A stretch of DNA of 62,902 nt, counting the filler, from Phoronis australis (taxonomy: Eukaryota > Animalia > Phoronida), in the NCBI GenBank assembly GCA_002633005.1. It is 6 parts of 6 records of this genome, joined end to end, with 100 filler letters (N's around TTAATTAATTAA, not from the genome) between each part and the next. Parts side by side here need not be neighbours in the genome. Positions count along the whole stretch, not along the records: positions 39,783 to 51,865 come from NMRA01001659.1; positions 51,966 to 55,279 come from NMRA01002160.1; positions 55,380 to 60,236 come from NMRA01002472.1; positions 60,337 to 62,902 come from NMRA01003599.1; 2 more parts are not named here. The stretch is one strand, 5' to 3'. The translations under genes and the position numbers were made by a program. Shown here piece after piece: positions 50,231-62,037 of the stretch (position 1 is the stretch's first letter; each line of letters begins with the position of its first letter). Under the pieces are notes generated by a model. The model was not told where the DNA came from. It saw nothing but the letters and a program-made list of their open reading frames with translations, and ran no database searches.

Positions 50231-51132
50231 CTACCAGCAAAAATTTTTGTTGGAACATCGGCTTACACACACCTTTTTAGCATACGAAAAAGTGTGGTGT
50301 GTATACAGGGGGTTTAAACAACTACCAAATATTCAAGAGCATAAGGAGCACCGATGGGGCGTAAAAACTTGAATATTAGATGATCGCAACAGCCTCAAGC
50401 TGTTTAAGAACAAAGACCTGTACTTTTAGTCCGGAAATAAACATGTGTTCTGTCTCGTTACGAGAAAAACTGGCGAACGACGGTGCTCTTAGCTCATAGT
50501 CTATTATTAAAACGACAATGAACAATTAAGTATCACTTTATTAAGCTGAATCACGTTGACATCAATTGAAAAACGTCAAACGTATAAGGAAACAAATCAT
50601 CTGAAAACAGTTTCACGAAACCAAAACATCGTGTGCACAGTGGTGAATTCGATATACTGGACTAGTTTGCAGAGGGACCAGATGTACACTGAGAGTACAC
50701 AAAAAGGCTGACCTGGTCCGTCACGAGACCTAAAGCGTACTTAGCAAAAAATTTTGAATTGAAAACTTGTCTATAGACACTTTTTAATCCCCAGTGGTTG
50801 CTCATACTTGTAGTTTACACATCTGGTGGTCAACTGCGAGTGGTTGTCTAGGAAGGGTTTTCGCACCGTTCTGTAGTACCCGGTACTCCCTGGAAGAAAC
50901 AAGTATTGAGTACAGATTTAACTACGCACTATGTGAAATAGATTTTGGATATGAAGCAGATAGACTCAAGTGGAAATACAAACCAGAATCACGGTTTCTG
51001 TGCGCTCGTAGACCCTCTGCTGTACTGGGTAAATTTGACATGTCCAAAAATAATTTCTATTTCGTTTTCATTGTACACAAGCATAAAAAACCGACATTAG
51101 TACAAACTGTGTAGAATTATATAATTTATTAC

Positions 51133-51345
51133 CTGGGTGATTCTCCAGGAACGTTGGTCCTGTCTTTCTGTTGTCTAGGCTGCCGAGGAATATTTATATC
51201 GGATCCAATGGTTTGCTCGTCTTGGAACCATTCTACCCAGACATCTTTGGTGTTTGTTCCCAACACTTGCACTTCGTCAAGTGCTCTGTCAATGAGCTTG
51301 TACGCCTCTACAATGCCAGCATCTCGTTTCGCAGCTCAATTGGTA
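51133..51345 (-). pseudogene. hAT transposase relic (THAP12/PRKRIR / Tip100-like)
   Basis: Manual translation GLSTN*AAKRDAGIVEAYKLIDRALDEV..WVEWF..IPRQPRQQKDRTNVPGESP resembles the LS..LQ..DIV.AY..I..PR..RQ..R.N.P..SP segment; contains a stop. Confidence 0.6.
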
Positions 51346-52087
51346 CTAAGCCCCTGAGGTTACCAAGTCCATTCAAAAGACTTAAGCATGCGCAACTAAA
51401 TTTGATCCGTTCATCACGGACTACTTCAAACCTTGACGATGTATCCTAGGACCCATTTGCAATTTTCGAAATAAACGTCTCATCCGAACACTTGAAACCC
51501 TAACATCAAATAAATGCCCATGGGCATGGGCGTTTCGTCGGTTGGGCCTTTCTGCGGAAATTCCCAGTGTAAAATGGCAGTGGTGCTTATTGCCTTATTG
51601 CAGGTAGACAGACGGTAGGTGTTGAGGACGGCACTTCGGGCTCCTTAGGAGGCCTATTGAACATTGCACGAGTCCCGAAAGACTTTTTTGTGAAAATACA
51701 GCCTCCCAGCAAATTTCTGGTGCTGTACACTGTTCGCAAATGCGGTCACTTTTTCAATGTGAGTGACCCCTTGGTCATTCCTTGTATAGACATAACTTGT
51801 TAGAGTGCATCTTCAAACAGACTCGCGACCAGACCACGGCGCCCGCCACAATAGTAATTCTTCGGNNNNNNNNNNNNNNNNNNNNNNNNNNNNNNNNNNN
51901 NNNNNNNNNTTAATTAATTAANNNNNNNNNNNNNNNNNNNNNNNNNNNNNNNNNNNNNNNNNNNNTTTAACAAATTCTTGCAAGGGTTTATACAATACAG
52001 CTGTGGATGTAAAAAAACTGCCACTGCTGCAGGCGCTGCAGGAGTCAGAGCCGTTCAAAAATCATTGTCAGCTGTCCTCTTCCAAAG

Positions 52088-52210
52088 AGGAGTCAGTGTG
52101 GCCTGGTTGATAAGTGCCCGCTTTCTTTACTCGAGGTCGTGGGTTCAAGTCCCACCAGGTCATACTGCTAAACCCTTGAGCCAGGTTTCTAGCTCCTCAG
52201 CTCGGTTTTA
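52088..52210 (+). mobile_element. tRNA-derived SINE head
   Basis: A-box-like TGGCCTGGTTG (52099-52109) and B-box GGTTCAAGTCC (52142-52152), then CCCTTGAGCCAGG resembling the CCTTGAGCAAGG SINE body motif. No full cloverleaf. Confidence 0.6.
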
Positions 52211-52479
52211 ACCATATATCAATAAAGCATAAAAATATTTCCAGGTGATCAGTGCAATGGGCCCACATGCGAGGCCTGGGCACGTCTGGTACAACGTGTA
52301 TCAGACCGCCTGCAATTATTTTTTTCCTCTTCCCAACAAGAACACATATGCCAATTTTCATAATCACCTTTAAAGTGGTTTGGCCAATGAAGCGGAGGGA
52401 GGACGCCAAAAGACTCAACAAGAGCAACGCGGAACGTTGAAATGCGCCCACGAATGCATCGCAAGGGGTTTTTGTTTGT

Positions 52480-53300
52480 ATCATCGAAATGGCCACTAGA
52501 TGGCACAAAATACGTCAAATCCGTCTGAAAACCAGAAAATGTCACCGTTTCTTTTAATTAAAAAAAAGTCATTTACAACAACAAAAATGGCCACTAGGTG
52601 GCGCAAACTACGAATCTATCCGAAAACGGGAGGATAGCGTTATCTCACTAATAGATGTCTATGTGCCAAATTTTATGGAAATTTCATTAAAAGATTCCTA
52701 TGAGCCAAATTTCACAAAAATTGGTTGAGGACCTTTGAAGATACAGAGGCAAATGTAAAAAAACTAAAATTGACACTAGGGGGCACAGTGGTATTCGGGT
52801 CGGTCCGAAACTTGTCGCCCTCTGTCGCCAATCCCATAGGAACACACTTGCCAAATTTCAATATGATCCTGAAAGGGGTTTGGGAGATACAGCCGCAGAC
52901 GCAGGACGCCCAGACAGAGATGACGACAATATGCGACCACACATAAGTATGTGGGCACAGAAAAACTGTAAAAACAGCCACTAGGGGTGCAGAGTAAGTC
53001 GAATATATCCAAAACTGAGAAGGCAGCATCGTCTCCTTAATAAATACGTACTTACCAAATTTCATGAAAATTCATCAACAGAAGGAACAGAAGTTTCAGA
53101 GGTAAATGTAAAAAAATAAAATTGTTTCTGAGGGTGACACCGGTAATCAGAACTGTCCAAAAACTCGCTCATGCCATCCAATCCATGATAGGAACATGTT
53201 TGCAAAATTTCAATAATATCCAACAACGGGTTTTGGAGATACAACAGAAGATGCTGGACGAACGTGAATGACGGCATGATGCACTCACATACATAATATA
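52480..53300 (+). repeat. Copy of the 34960-35830 repeat family in opposite orientation
   Basis: Shared blocks aaatggccactag, ccaaatttca and gagatacag. Confidence 0.75.
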
Positions 53301-53659
53301 AACAACACCGGTGCATAAATAAATCTAATCACATACCCCTCTTAGGCACTAGTCTTGTTGGAACCTTTTTTCTGCTATCCCCTGATGCCTGAAAAAGAGC
53401 AATATTTAATTACTACTGACAAATACACTTAACATGCCTTGGTTCATCAACTACTACTTCAAAACAACCCTGATGGCACAGCCGTTCTCCAAGTATACTA
53501 GTTAAAAGGTGAAGCGCCTACATTGCATCAACTTTTTAGCAAATTATACGGTATACCATCTTTCTTCTGAATGAACAATTTTAAATAACTTGTCAAAAGT
53601 GATTCAAATTCTCCTTTGGTGAATGTGTGTTATTAGTAATTCATGGAAGCAACAGTGGT

Positions 53660-54010
53660 TAGCATAGTGAACAGCAGACAACAGCAAATAGCAGACAGTG
53701 AACAGCAGACAACAGCGAATAGCAGACAACAGCGAATAGCAGATAACAGCGAATAGCAGACAACAGCGAATAGCATACAACAGCGAACAACATACAACAG
53801 CAAACAGCACACAACAGCAAATAGCACACAACAGCAAATAGCACACAACAGCAAATAGCAGAAATAGCGAATAACAGACAACAGTTAATGGCAGACAACA
53901 GTGAATAGCAGATAATGAACAGCAGACAAAATTGAATAGCAGACAGTGAACAGCTGACGACAAATAGCAAACAGTGAACAGCAGACAACAGTGAATAGCA
54001 GACAACAGAA
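53660..54010 (+). repeat. Degenerate ~17-bp minisatellite (AACAGCGAATAGCAGAC)n
   Basis: Read directly; gives rise to spurious Cys-rich minus-strand ORFs. Confidence 0.9.
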
Positions 54011-54758
54011 GAAAAATGAAAATTGAAGACAATACTTGCAAAACCAAGCCATGTTCCACGAGAAACCATTTTGCGGTGTTCAAATCTGACTGCGCTTCAG
54101 CAACAACAGTCCAATTTTATTGTGATGAACACAAAAGTTTACAAATTGCTTTAAAGGTTTTCCCAATGTCCAACCATTGATAACTAAAATTATATTTCAT
54201 CCCCGGCTGCTGGGTTTGGATGGACGAAATATGCTAAATTGTTACTGCTATTGTATACTAAAACAGTCATGTATTGAAATAATCTATATGTGTTTCTTCT
54301 AATGAAGCCTAGCCCGCATTTTCCTTGAAAGTGGCACATTTTCCAATCCTTAGGGGACTTGAATTGGGCAAGTAATTTTGTCGATCAAATTCGAACTGCC
54401 ATAGTATTTTGAGAATTAATACCAGTGGCATCTACTTTGAAACCTTTGAATTCATTAATATCGACAGAAACTCAACCCACCTTACTATCATATAACACCT
54501 GTGCTAGTTGATGCTCCAATTTTTCCAACCTCACTTCATGATCTACAGACAGACGGTGATCACTCTGCAAACATAAAGGTTTTCAATTCGTGGACACAAA
54601 TTAAAAGAAATCAATGACAAGTTTCAACTGTTCCCACCACTCTTCAGATTTCAACACTCATTAGCGTTAATGAGACCAGTCTCATCCTGTACAATAACTT
54701 CGGTCTTTCAAAATTTTGAGAATGGCTGTTACTTACTCAGTCACTTAACTAAAGACCT

Positions 54759-54830
54759 TTAAAGGAGAATGTTGCCATTTTGAAGGCGTTTTTGATCAAT
54801 TTGGTATATCTTGGTACTCTTTAGTCTTTT
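54759..54830 (+). mobile_element. Possible Kolobok-type terminus
   Basis: TTAA|AGGAGAATGTTGCCATTTT resembles the ends at ~32105 and 42774; partner end not found. Confidence 0.4.
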
Positions 54831-55763
54831 TAGAATATTCATATATTATTCTTTAAAACCGTATATGTGGTGCAGTGAACAGATCTCACAGTGTAAACAA
54901 CATGTCTGACCGGCTGAATCGTTGTCGAATTACCCATTTCTGGCATCATTCGAAATTCAAATGCAAATTGTCATGCAATGAGGCTGGGATTGAAATTCTA
55001 CAGGCTTCTCGCCTATTGAGCACAGTAATTAGACCTGAAAAGCCAAGGAAAACAGCGAGCTTAGAACAGTCTACACTTACTGCTATCTTTATCAATTTAA
55101 TTTAAAATTTATAGAAATAAACTGAAAAAGTTTAAAATACCTTTTAGTGAGTAAAATGTGTTAAATTCTTGATAAAAAGCCTTCAAAGTAAAATTCCCCA
55201 TTAAAAACTTAGAACTGTCAGATGTAATTCACTCAAAGTAAAACTCATCCCAAAACACGCTCTTCTGAAACTTAAGGTANNNNNNNNNNNNNNNNNNNNN
55301 NNNNNNNNNNNNNNNNNNNNNNNTTAATTAATTAANNNNNNNNNNNNNNNNNNNNNNNNNNNNNNNNNNNNNNNNNNNNTGCTTCGATTGCAAACAGCTA
55401 AGAAACTGTTAGGCTTGCAAACAAAACAAAAAAGTGCTGAGAAGAGAAAACCATTCGACAACCACTGGGAACTGTTAGTAAATTGAAGCTAGCATGTTCC
55501 ACCAAGAGCAACAGCTTATCAAAAGTTCTAAAACATATTATGTAAGATATCATGTAGCTAACAATTAAAAATGGAGATGGACAACTAGTACCTGTTAATA
55601 GTATGTATCAACCATGTTCTACTGGATTTCCAGGCATTACGCTTTACACGCCTGTTAAAAATTGCTCATACATAACAAAGAACTCAATGCAAAATGCTTG
55701 CTTACCATGGACTATTTCCAAAACAATGTATTTTCCTACCACAGTGTTGTCTGCTCTACTTAC

Positions 55764-55894
55764 CACCATGTTCTTTGGTTCAGTGAATTCACAGTCCATG
55801 GTACACGCGCGCGCGTCATACACCTTTATCTTCCCATAGTTCTGACCAGCCATGCCCATCCCACACCACAGCCGAGGATCTTGTTCTGAGCTGT
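55764..55894 (-). CDS. DENND3: DENND3-like exon (start of WD40 region)
   Basis: ttttcag|AC ... ATGGTG|GTAAGT; DSSEQDPRLWCGMG..GKIKVYDA resembles DENND3 AHPKLWCAL..GKVTVFNA. 131 nt, phase 1 to 0, compatible with the upstream exon. Confidence 0.8.
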
Positions 55895-56340
55895 CTGAAA
55901 ACATAGTCAAAGTCAACATAGTCATTAAGGTGTAGAAAATGTAAAGTTAAACATACAGCCTTACAGGCTTAATCTAAAACATAGTTGGTTCATGAGAAGA
56001 TTTATTTGAAGATTGAATAATCCAGTAGTCTTATACAGTAGTGATTGCATTGAAAGCTAAAGTATTATTAGCAAGGCACGAATAATGTTTTACACTAAAT
56101 AGTTTCCATCAAAACAATATTCAAGCTAATCATTTCACCAACTTAGCTTATGCAATAAGTCTTTTAAGATAGGACCACTATGAAATTCCAGACAACTCCC
56201 AGCTTTTAAAAAATTAAAAAACTTTTGTAAGAGAAATTTACAACTAAGAATGAAAAATAAAATCTAACAAGTCAACACTGCAATCTTTTTGCTAAAAATG
56301 TTAAAAAAACAAAATGATTTCAAGTAAAGATAAGTTTAAC

Positions 56341-56537
56341 CTCCTGGTACATAAAGCAGGCACTCGACAGCACGTTTCTCTTTCTCTCTGCTGTTGGTGT
56401 TGATACGTTCCACCAGGACGTTCTTGGTGTTCAAAGGTAGTTGGTCAGTGTGGTTCTCATGCCGCTTGGTATAATGACACAAGTTCAGGGCCGCCTTCTC
56501 AACATTAGTTGAATGAGTTGTGTAATCGTCAAACCCA
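56341..56537 (-). CDS. DENND3: DENND3-like internal exon
   Basis: ttttctag|T ... GGAG|GTTAAA; AALNLCHY..LPLNTKNVLVERINTN..AVECLLYVPG resembles DENND3 AASKLSYF..LPETT.ETLKHKINP..AVDVLLYTPG. 197 nt, phase 2 to 1. Confidence 0.82.
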
Positions 56538-57099
56538 CTAGAAAAGAAATAGAAACAAATTGCTGACCAGAAATTACCTTTCTGAAGGTGATCAGTGGGA
56601 TTGTTCATAAGATATAAATGAAGATATGACACAGAGAAGTCCTTGGAAAAGGCTTGTAACTGAAAATTAGATGACTATATCTAGAAGCTTATCATAACTT
56701 ATGTTGATAAATTCACCATGTCACCACTAACAATGACCCCACTAATGAATTTATTTGGCTTACTGTAGGTATTTGAAAGCACAAATTATTGGTAGAATAA
56801 AATTTTTTGCCCAAAAATGGCCCTCGGTTTGCTTTTGTATTCAGGGATGCATTCTCATGCATTACACAATGCCAAACATAAATATGACAAAACAAACAAG
56901 AGCAATGCGCAGTGTTCATATCCCCCTACAATGTTTATCGCATGTAGCACACATACAAGGACTGACCATTAAACATTCCCACTAGAGGGAGCTATCTAGG
57001 AAGCGAAAAGCCTATCAGTGATACTCTCAGTAGGAACACACCTGTCACCTTTTATCCTGATTCCTCATGCACTTTGACAGATAAGGAGGTGGACAATGA

Positions 57100-57640
57100 A
57101 AAGGCAAAAAATAATGAAAAATGGCCACAAAAGGGTGCAGCAAAGATTAAACCCGTCTAAAACAGGGTAGGTGCTGTCATCTCCAAGAAAGTATTACCTT
57201 CATCAACTAAAGCAACTTGGTACATACAGTGGGGAGGCAAAGAGAACCTAAATCACCACTGGGGGCTTCCACAATTAAGTCAGATTCATCCGAAAACTTT
57301 GTTCAGTTGTACTCTCTTCAACAGGGACACGTACCAAATCTCATGAAGATCCATCAAGAGCCAAAGGCAAAAAAACGCCACTGAGGGACACCACAGTAGT
57401 CTGATCCAATCCTTAATTATCATCATCTGTGCTTAACACAATATGAACACATTACGCCAATTGTCTTAATGATCCTTTATGAAGAACAGTTTGGGCAAAA
57501 AAGGTTGATGCCAAACATAATAAAAATTTCCACCTGGTGGCTTAGAATAATGCTGAATTCGTCCAACACCGGGAAGGCGTCATCGTCTCCTTAACAGAAC
57601 CTATCTGCCAAAATATACGAGTATTGAAAAACTAAAATTG
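57100..57640 (+). repeat. Older diverged copy of the 34960/52480 repeat family inside a DENND3 intron
   Basis: aaaatggccac, ccaaatctcatga and ccactg..ggg..cacag blocks. Confidence 0.55.
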
Positions 57641-57739
57641 CTAATAAGGAGCACAACAGTAGAGATATTCATAACTTATTCTAACGTTTTCAACATAGTG
57701 TGGCTTGTGAAACAAGGAATGTTAATTTTTTCTCTCTAC

Positions 57740-57908
57740 CTTCGAATGACAGCGTCAATCAAGAGCACATTCTGAGCAGCCTGTTGAATGACTCCAGGTT
57801 CCTTAACTTCTTCTGCTATTATCTTGCCACACCACATCTCCTTGACCAGTAAATACCAGCAGTTTCGCTCCTCTTTCAACCACGCATTAAATGGTGGTTT
57901 GCGCTTGT
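57740..57908 (-). CDS. DENND3: DENND3-like internal exon (absent from the ORF track)
   Basis: ttttag|AC ... CGAAG|GTAGAG; KRKPPFNAWLKEERNCWYLLVKEMWCGKIIAEEVKEPGVIQQAAQNVLLIDAVIR resembles DENND3 [36 protein letters not shown]. 169 nt, phase 1 to 2. Confidence 0.85.
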
Positions 57909-58606
57909 CTAAAACACATTACAAAAAAATACCAGAAACCATAACTTACACAAAATGCTTACGATATAACCTTACCAATTTAGAACACCATTACTAACTG
58001 ACAGCTGAATTTTTCTTTTCTAATGTTTTCATATGAGATATAGAGCACAAAATTAATACTTTATCAGGTTTAAGTTCTGTATTATATTTACCACGATCAC
58101 GCAATTTTTAAAAACTTCTGGGCACTCACTACTATGTAAAAAAAGACCGTGAAAATGAAAAAAGGGCAATATTTTCAATCTTCTAAGTTCACTTGGAAAT
58201 TAGCGGCAGAGATAAACAAGATAATAATCAAGTGTTGAATGCAGATTTGTTTGGGATAATACCAGTACATGGTCAATTCAGGAGCAATGCAAGTCTTACA
58301 TAGCAAAACCTTGTTTACATAAACTGGATATCTCCCAGCATGCAAAGCTAATGTGTGCAAGCTTTATACTCATGACTCAATCAAATAGAACACAAAAACA
58401 GCCATGGAGCAGAGTGTTATTTCCAAAAGAATAATAGACAGCTTGGACCATTTTTCTAATAAATAGAAGCATGAAATTACCAGAAATATTGCCGATTTAA
58501 ATTCTCCACCACCCCAAATGCATAGTACTTGGAGCGTAAGCACAAGTCTGCTTTTCAATCTGACCACAGATGCCAGTTTGCAGAATATAACATCTGAGGG
58601 AAGAAA

Positions 58607-58710
58607 ATTAACTAACCACAGAGGTCACTGGGCAGATATAATTAACTGACCACAGAAGTCACTAGGCAGATGTAATTAACTGACCACATAGGTCATTTGG
58701 CAGATATAAT
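58607..58710 (+). repeat. ~34-bp tandem repeat, 3 copies (ATTAACTGACCACAGAGGTCACTGGGCAGATATA)
   Basis: Read directly. Confidence 0.85.
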
Positions 58711-58929
58711 ATCTAAGACAAGAGGACAGTAAACTAACCAAATGATTAGGGACCAACACTTTATACTTTATCATAGCTCGCAAGTTAAACATGGATGCCA
58801 ACTTAAATGAAAGCAACTTCCGGTTTTTTGGCTTTGTATAATAGCATGTCATAAGAAACTAATACCTGTAAAAATTCGAAGGAATTGGTCTTATAATGCG
58901 CCTTCTACAAGAGAAAACGTTTTTAGGCC

Positions 58930-59180
58930 AAAATCGAGGTGCGCATGCGCGATCGCCGATATTTCCGCCATCTTTAACCGGAAGTAAACAATTTCCGGCA
59001 TACTTGTAGAAAACTTCTGGTCCATTTACTGTGTCAATTCTTAGCCTTTTATGTAAAAAATTGTAGCCTCCAGAAGCAGTTGAACCTTTAAATGAAAACA
59101 AAATGGCCGCCACAGCCGACATCTTGGATCCGATTTTGACGAAAAACAATAGGCTTCCAGTACTTCCGGAAGTACGTGTT
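58930..59180. promoter_or_regulatory. CpG-rich cluster of housekeeping-promoter motifs
   Basis: NRF1-type TGCGCATGCGC (~58940), YY1-type CCGCCATCTT (~58965) and AAAATGGCCGCC (~59100), ETS-type CCGGAAGT (~58978) and ACTTCCGGAAGT (~59162). Confidence 0.55.
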
Positions 59181-59587
59181 ATGTGTAAATTTCGTGATGA
59201 TCGGACGAGAATTGTGACCTGTATCGTGCGAACAAACAAAAAACACTTAGTGACAGAGCAACATACTTGGCGAAATTTATTTCGCCAAGTAAAAATGAAT
59301 TGCAGACAGATGAGAGCTTTGCGTTATGGTGGCAGAAATGGCTTGCTGTTCACAAAATATTAGCTGCAGAGTCTGTTTTAACCCCTTCAAATGACCATCA
59401 GGGTAATGATCCTTGGTTTATTAACAGGTTCAAGCAAGACCTGATAACATCTGATAATACCATGTTATAACCAGAACACTTTAGTCCAGTGACACAGCCA
59501 GGCCTATTAAAAGACTGGCTGTGAAGAGATTGTCACAAGTTTACCACCAGCCTATACAAAGCTAACTGCTTTTCCTTTTCAATGTAA

Positions 59588-60168
59588 TTTGTCAGTTATA
59601 GTTATCATGGTTTGTGACATGCATTGTCAGTTATGGTTACCAAGGCGTGTAACATACATTGTCAGTTATAGTTACCATGGTGTGTGATATACATTGTCAG
59701 TTTTGTTACCATGGCGTGTGACATACAATTATAGTTACCAAGGTGCATGACATACTTTATCAGTTTTGTTACCATGGCGTGTGACATACGTTGTCAGTTA
59801 TAGCTATCATGGCGTGTGACATACATCATCAGTTTTGTTACCATGGCATGTGACATACATCCTCAGCAAAAGTTGCCATAGTGTGTGACATACGTTGTCA
59901 GTAATAGTTGCCATGGCGCGTGACGTACGCTGTCAGGTTTGTTACCATGGCGTGTGACATAGGTTGTCGGTTGTAGTTACCATGGCGTGTGACATACATT
60001 GTCAGTTATAGTTATCATGGTGTGTGACATACATTGTCAGTTATAGTTACCATGGTGTGTGACATAGGTTGTCAGTTATAGTTACCATGGTGTGTGACAT
60101 ACATTGTCAGTTATAGTTACCATGGTGTGTGACATACGTTGTCAGTTATAGTTACCATGGTATGTGAT
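59588..60168 (+). repeat. 35-bp minisatellite (TTGTCAGTTATAGTTACCATGGTGTGTGACATACA)n, ~17 copies
   Basis: Period 35, e.g. gtcag at 60001 and 60036. Confidence 0.93.
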
Positions 60169-60336
60169 CTTCAGAACATCGATGGTGCGGAAAACCCAAG
60201 TAAGCTGATGCTTCTCAACGGCTTTGATGTCCCTGANNNNNNNNNNNNNNNNNNNNNNNNNNNNNNNNNNNNNNNNNNNNTTAATTAATTAANNNNNNNN
60301 NNNNNNNNNNNNNNNNNNNNNNNNNNNNNNNNNNNN

Positions 60337-60412
60337 TTACAGTGGATGCAGTTCTGTGCGTTGATCTGTAGCCGCATTCCACCGTCCTCCACTTCTACGT
60401 ATTCATACACGC
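60337..60412 (-). CDS. ETFDH: ETF-ubiquinone oxidoreductase, last coding exon, truncated by the spacer
   Basis: ttttcag|GC GTG TAT GAA...; [25 protein letters not shown](K), the 4Fe-4S ligand region. Confidence 0.92.
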
Positions 60413-61221
60413 CTGAAAACAAGAATGCATAGCCATTACATAATCAACGGATTAGCTTCATTCCCTGCCATGCTGGAGGCCACTAAACCACAGGCAAAAC
60501 AATGACTGCGACCGTTAAGTAAATGGTACGCAAATCCCAAGTGCCACTAAGCAGCCATAAACCTCACAGCTTTTGTAACATAAACAACTGTCTTTTGATT
60601 TAGAATACTCACCACTACAAAATAGGTCTCAACGTTTTCCACAGTCAAATTAGAAATTATTTCTTGGCATGAAACGAACTCTCAGTTTGCTATTGTTTGA
60701 GATCAGGCTACATTAGTCGATTAGTCAAAGCAGATCATTTTTGTACAGAGCATAGTCTAAAGCTATATCAAACTGTCAGTTCTTTGCAAACCCAGAAATG
60801 ATTTCTCAATGAACAAGTAGTTTGAAAAAATAGTATATTAAAATTAACATGGGTTTATAGCTGCAGCAAAAAAAATATTGCAGCTGGAAACTAAAGTCAA
60901 ATAAGCAAGTCCAGATACATCCTGCTTCATAACTACATTAAAATAAACAGATAGCATCACAACAGTCAACCTTCAAATATACATAATTATGCAAGAGATA
61001 CCACATAATTTAATAAAACTCATACTCAATGGGCAGAAATCAGTAAGAGTCTGATTTACATCACTTTAATTCAATGAATAAGGCAAACAATCCCAGTGAA
61101 TCATGATGGTAAAAGACCTTCGTTTAGACTTTTCATTTATCCAAGAAGAAATTTAGCCTATTCAGGTAGCAGCCTACTATTAAATTGACCTGTATGACCA
61201 CCATTGCTAATGTTATATTAC

Positions 61222-61443
61222 CTGCTGGACAAAACCTTTGTTCTGGGCCATCGTATATGGCAAGATTGTTATTAACAGGAACATCATCGTTCTTCAGTGT
61301 GAGGTGGGCTGGTTGATCATGATCATGATTTGTGCCTGTTAGTGCCACGGATGACAATAAATCAAAGCTAATTTCACCATCAGGCTTGGGGTAGTCAATC
61401 GGTGTACATTCTGAAGCAGGCTTCAGCTTACTGGAGTCTAATT
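61222..61443 (-). CDS. ETFDH: ETF-ubiquinone oxidoreductase exon
   Basis: 222 nt, phase 1 to 1, AG/GT bounded; [60 protein letters not shown]. Confidence 0.95.
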
Positions 61444-61851
61444 CTGAAAAAAAGGAAGATAGTGGCAATTTGTAATTCCACTAGCTGTAAGAGGCATTCC
61501 AGTCTACATCCTACAGTCTACAAGAAAGAATTGGCCTATTTGAAACTCACAGGCTGACATAATTCCTCAAGGTGTCCATCTCTAAGTACAATACTTACCA
61601 CGGTGCTTCTCTAAGAGAAAGAAATAACTTCAGATTACTATTACAGTGTGATACCTCAGTGAAAGCGTGATCAGAGTCAGTGTTACAGTCAAATTGTAAA
61701 AAGCTGTATAAGGAATGCTAACTTAAATTCTCAGAACACTGCAATTTGTGGTTACATTTAGTTGCTGCTCTCTGTCCATGAACGCAAAATTTGGTAAAAT
61801 TATTACCAAGCATGGTCAGTGATTGTAAAGAGACAAAATCAGAGAGAATAC

Positions 61852-62037
61852 CTTTGTGCCTTAATGTCCATGGTTCCTTTCCTCGTAAAAAGCAGTAGAA
61901 TATTCCAGTATAAAGAAGTCCACCGTATAGCCCCAAAGGACTGTCGAAAGATGGACGAACGTTGCGAACCGACTTCAGCTCTTGCCACACCCAGCTGTTT
62001 TGCATATTTGTCGTGTAGATTTCAGGATTCAGGCCAA
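61852..62037 (-). CDS. ETFDH: ETF-ubiquinone oxidoreductase exon
   Basis: 186 nt, phase 1 to 1, AG/GT bounded; GLNPEIY..SWVWQELKSVRNVRPSF..GLYGGLLYTGIF..GKEPWTLRHK. Confidence 0.93.

Noticed and set aside
52088-52160. tRNA gene
   Set aside because: A/B boxes are present but acceptor and anticodon stems do not pair; treated as a SINE head.
53604-54083. Cys-rich ORFs resembling keratin-associated or metallothionein proteins
   Set aside because: Translations of a minisatellite, open in all three frames.
53337-54564. Exon-like minus-strand pieces (54486-54564 SDHRLSVDHEVRLEKLEHQLAQVLYD; ~53337-53388) as DENND3 continuation
   Set aside because: On a different contig, no recognisable DENND3 similarity, and the intervening candidate exon has stops in all frames.
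57976-58076. Candidate upstream DENND3 exon (tacag|...|gtaag)
   Set aside because: The frame needed to join the 57908 acceptor contains a stop.
60169-60236. RDIKAVEKHQLTWVF on the minus strand as the ETFDH C-terminus after the spacer
   Set aside because: Spacing differs from CDIKDPSQNINWV and the conserved PEGGGGP motif is absent; coincidental.
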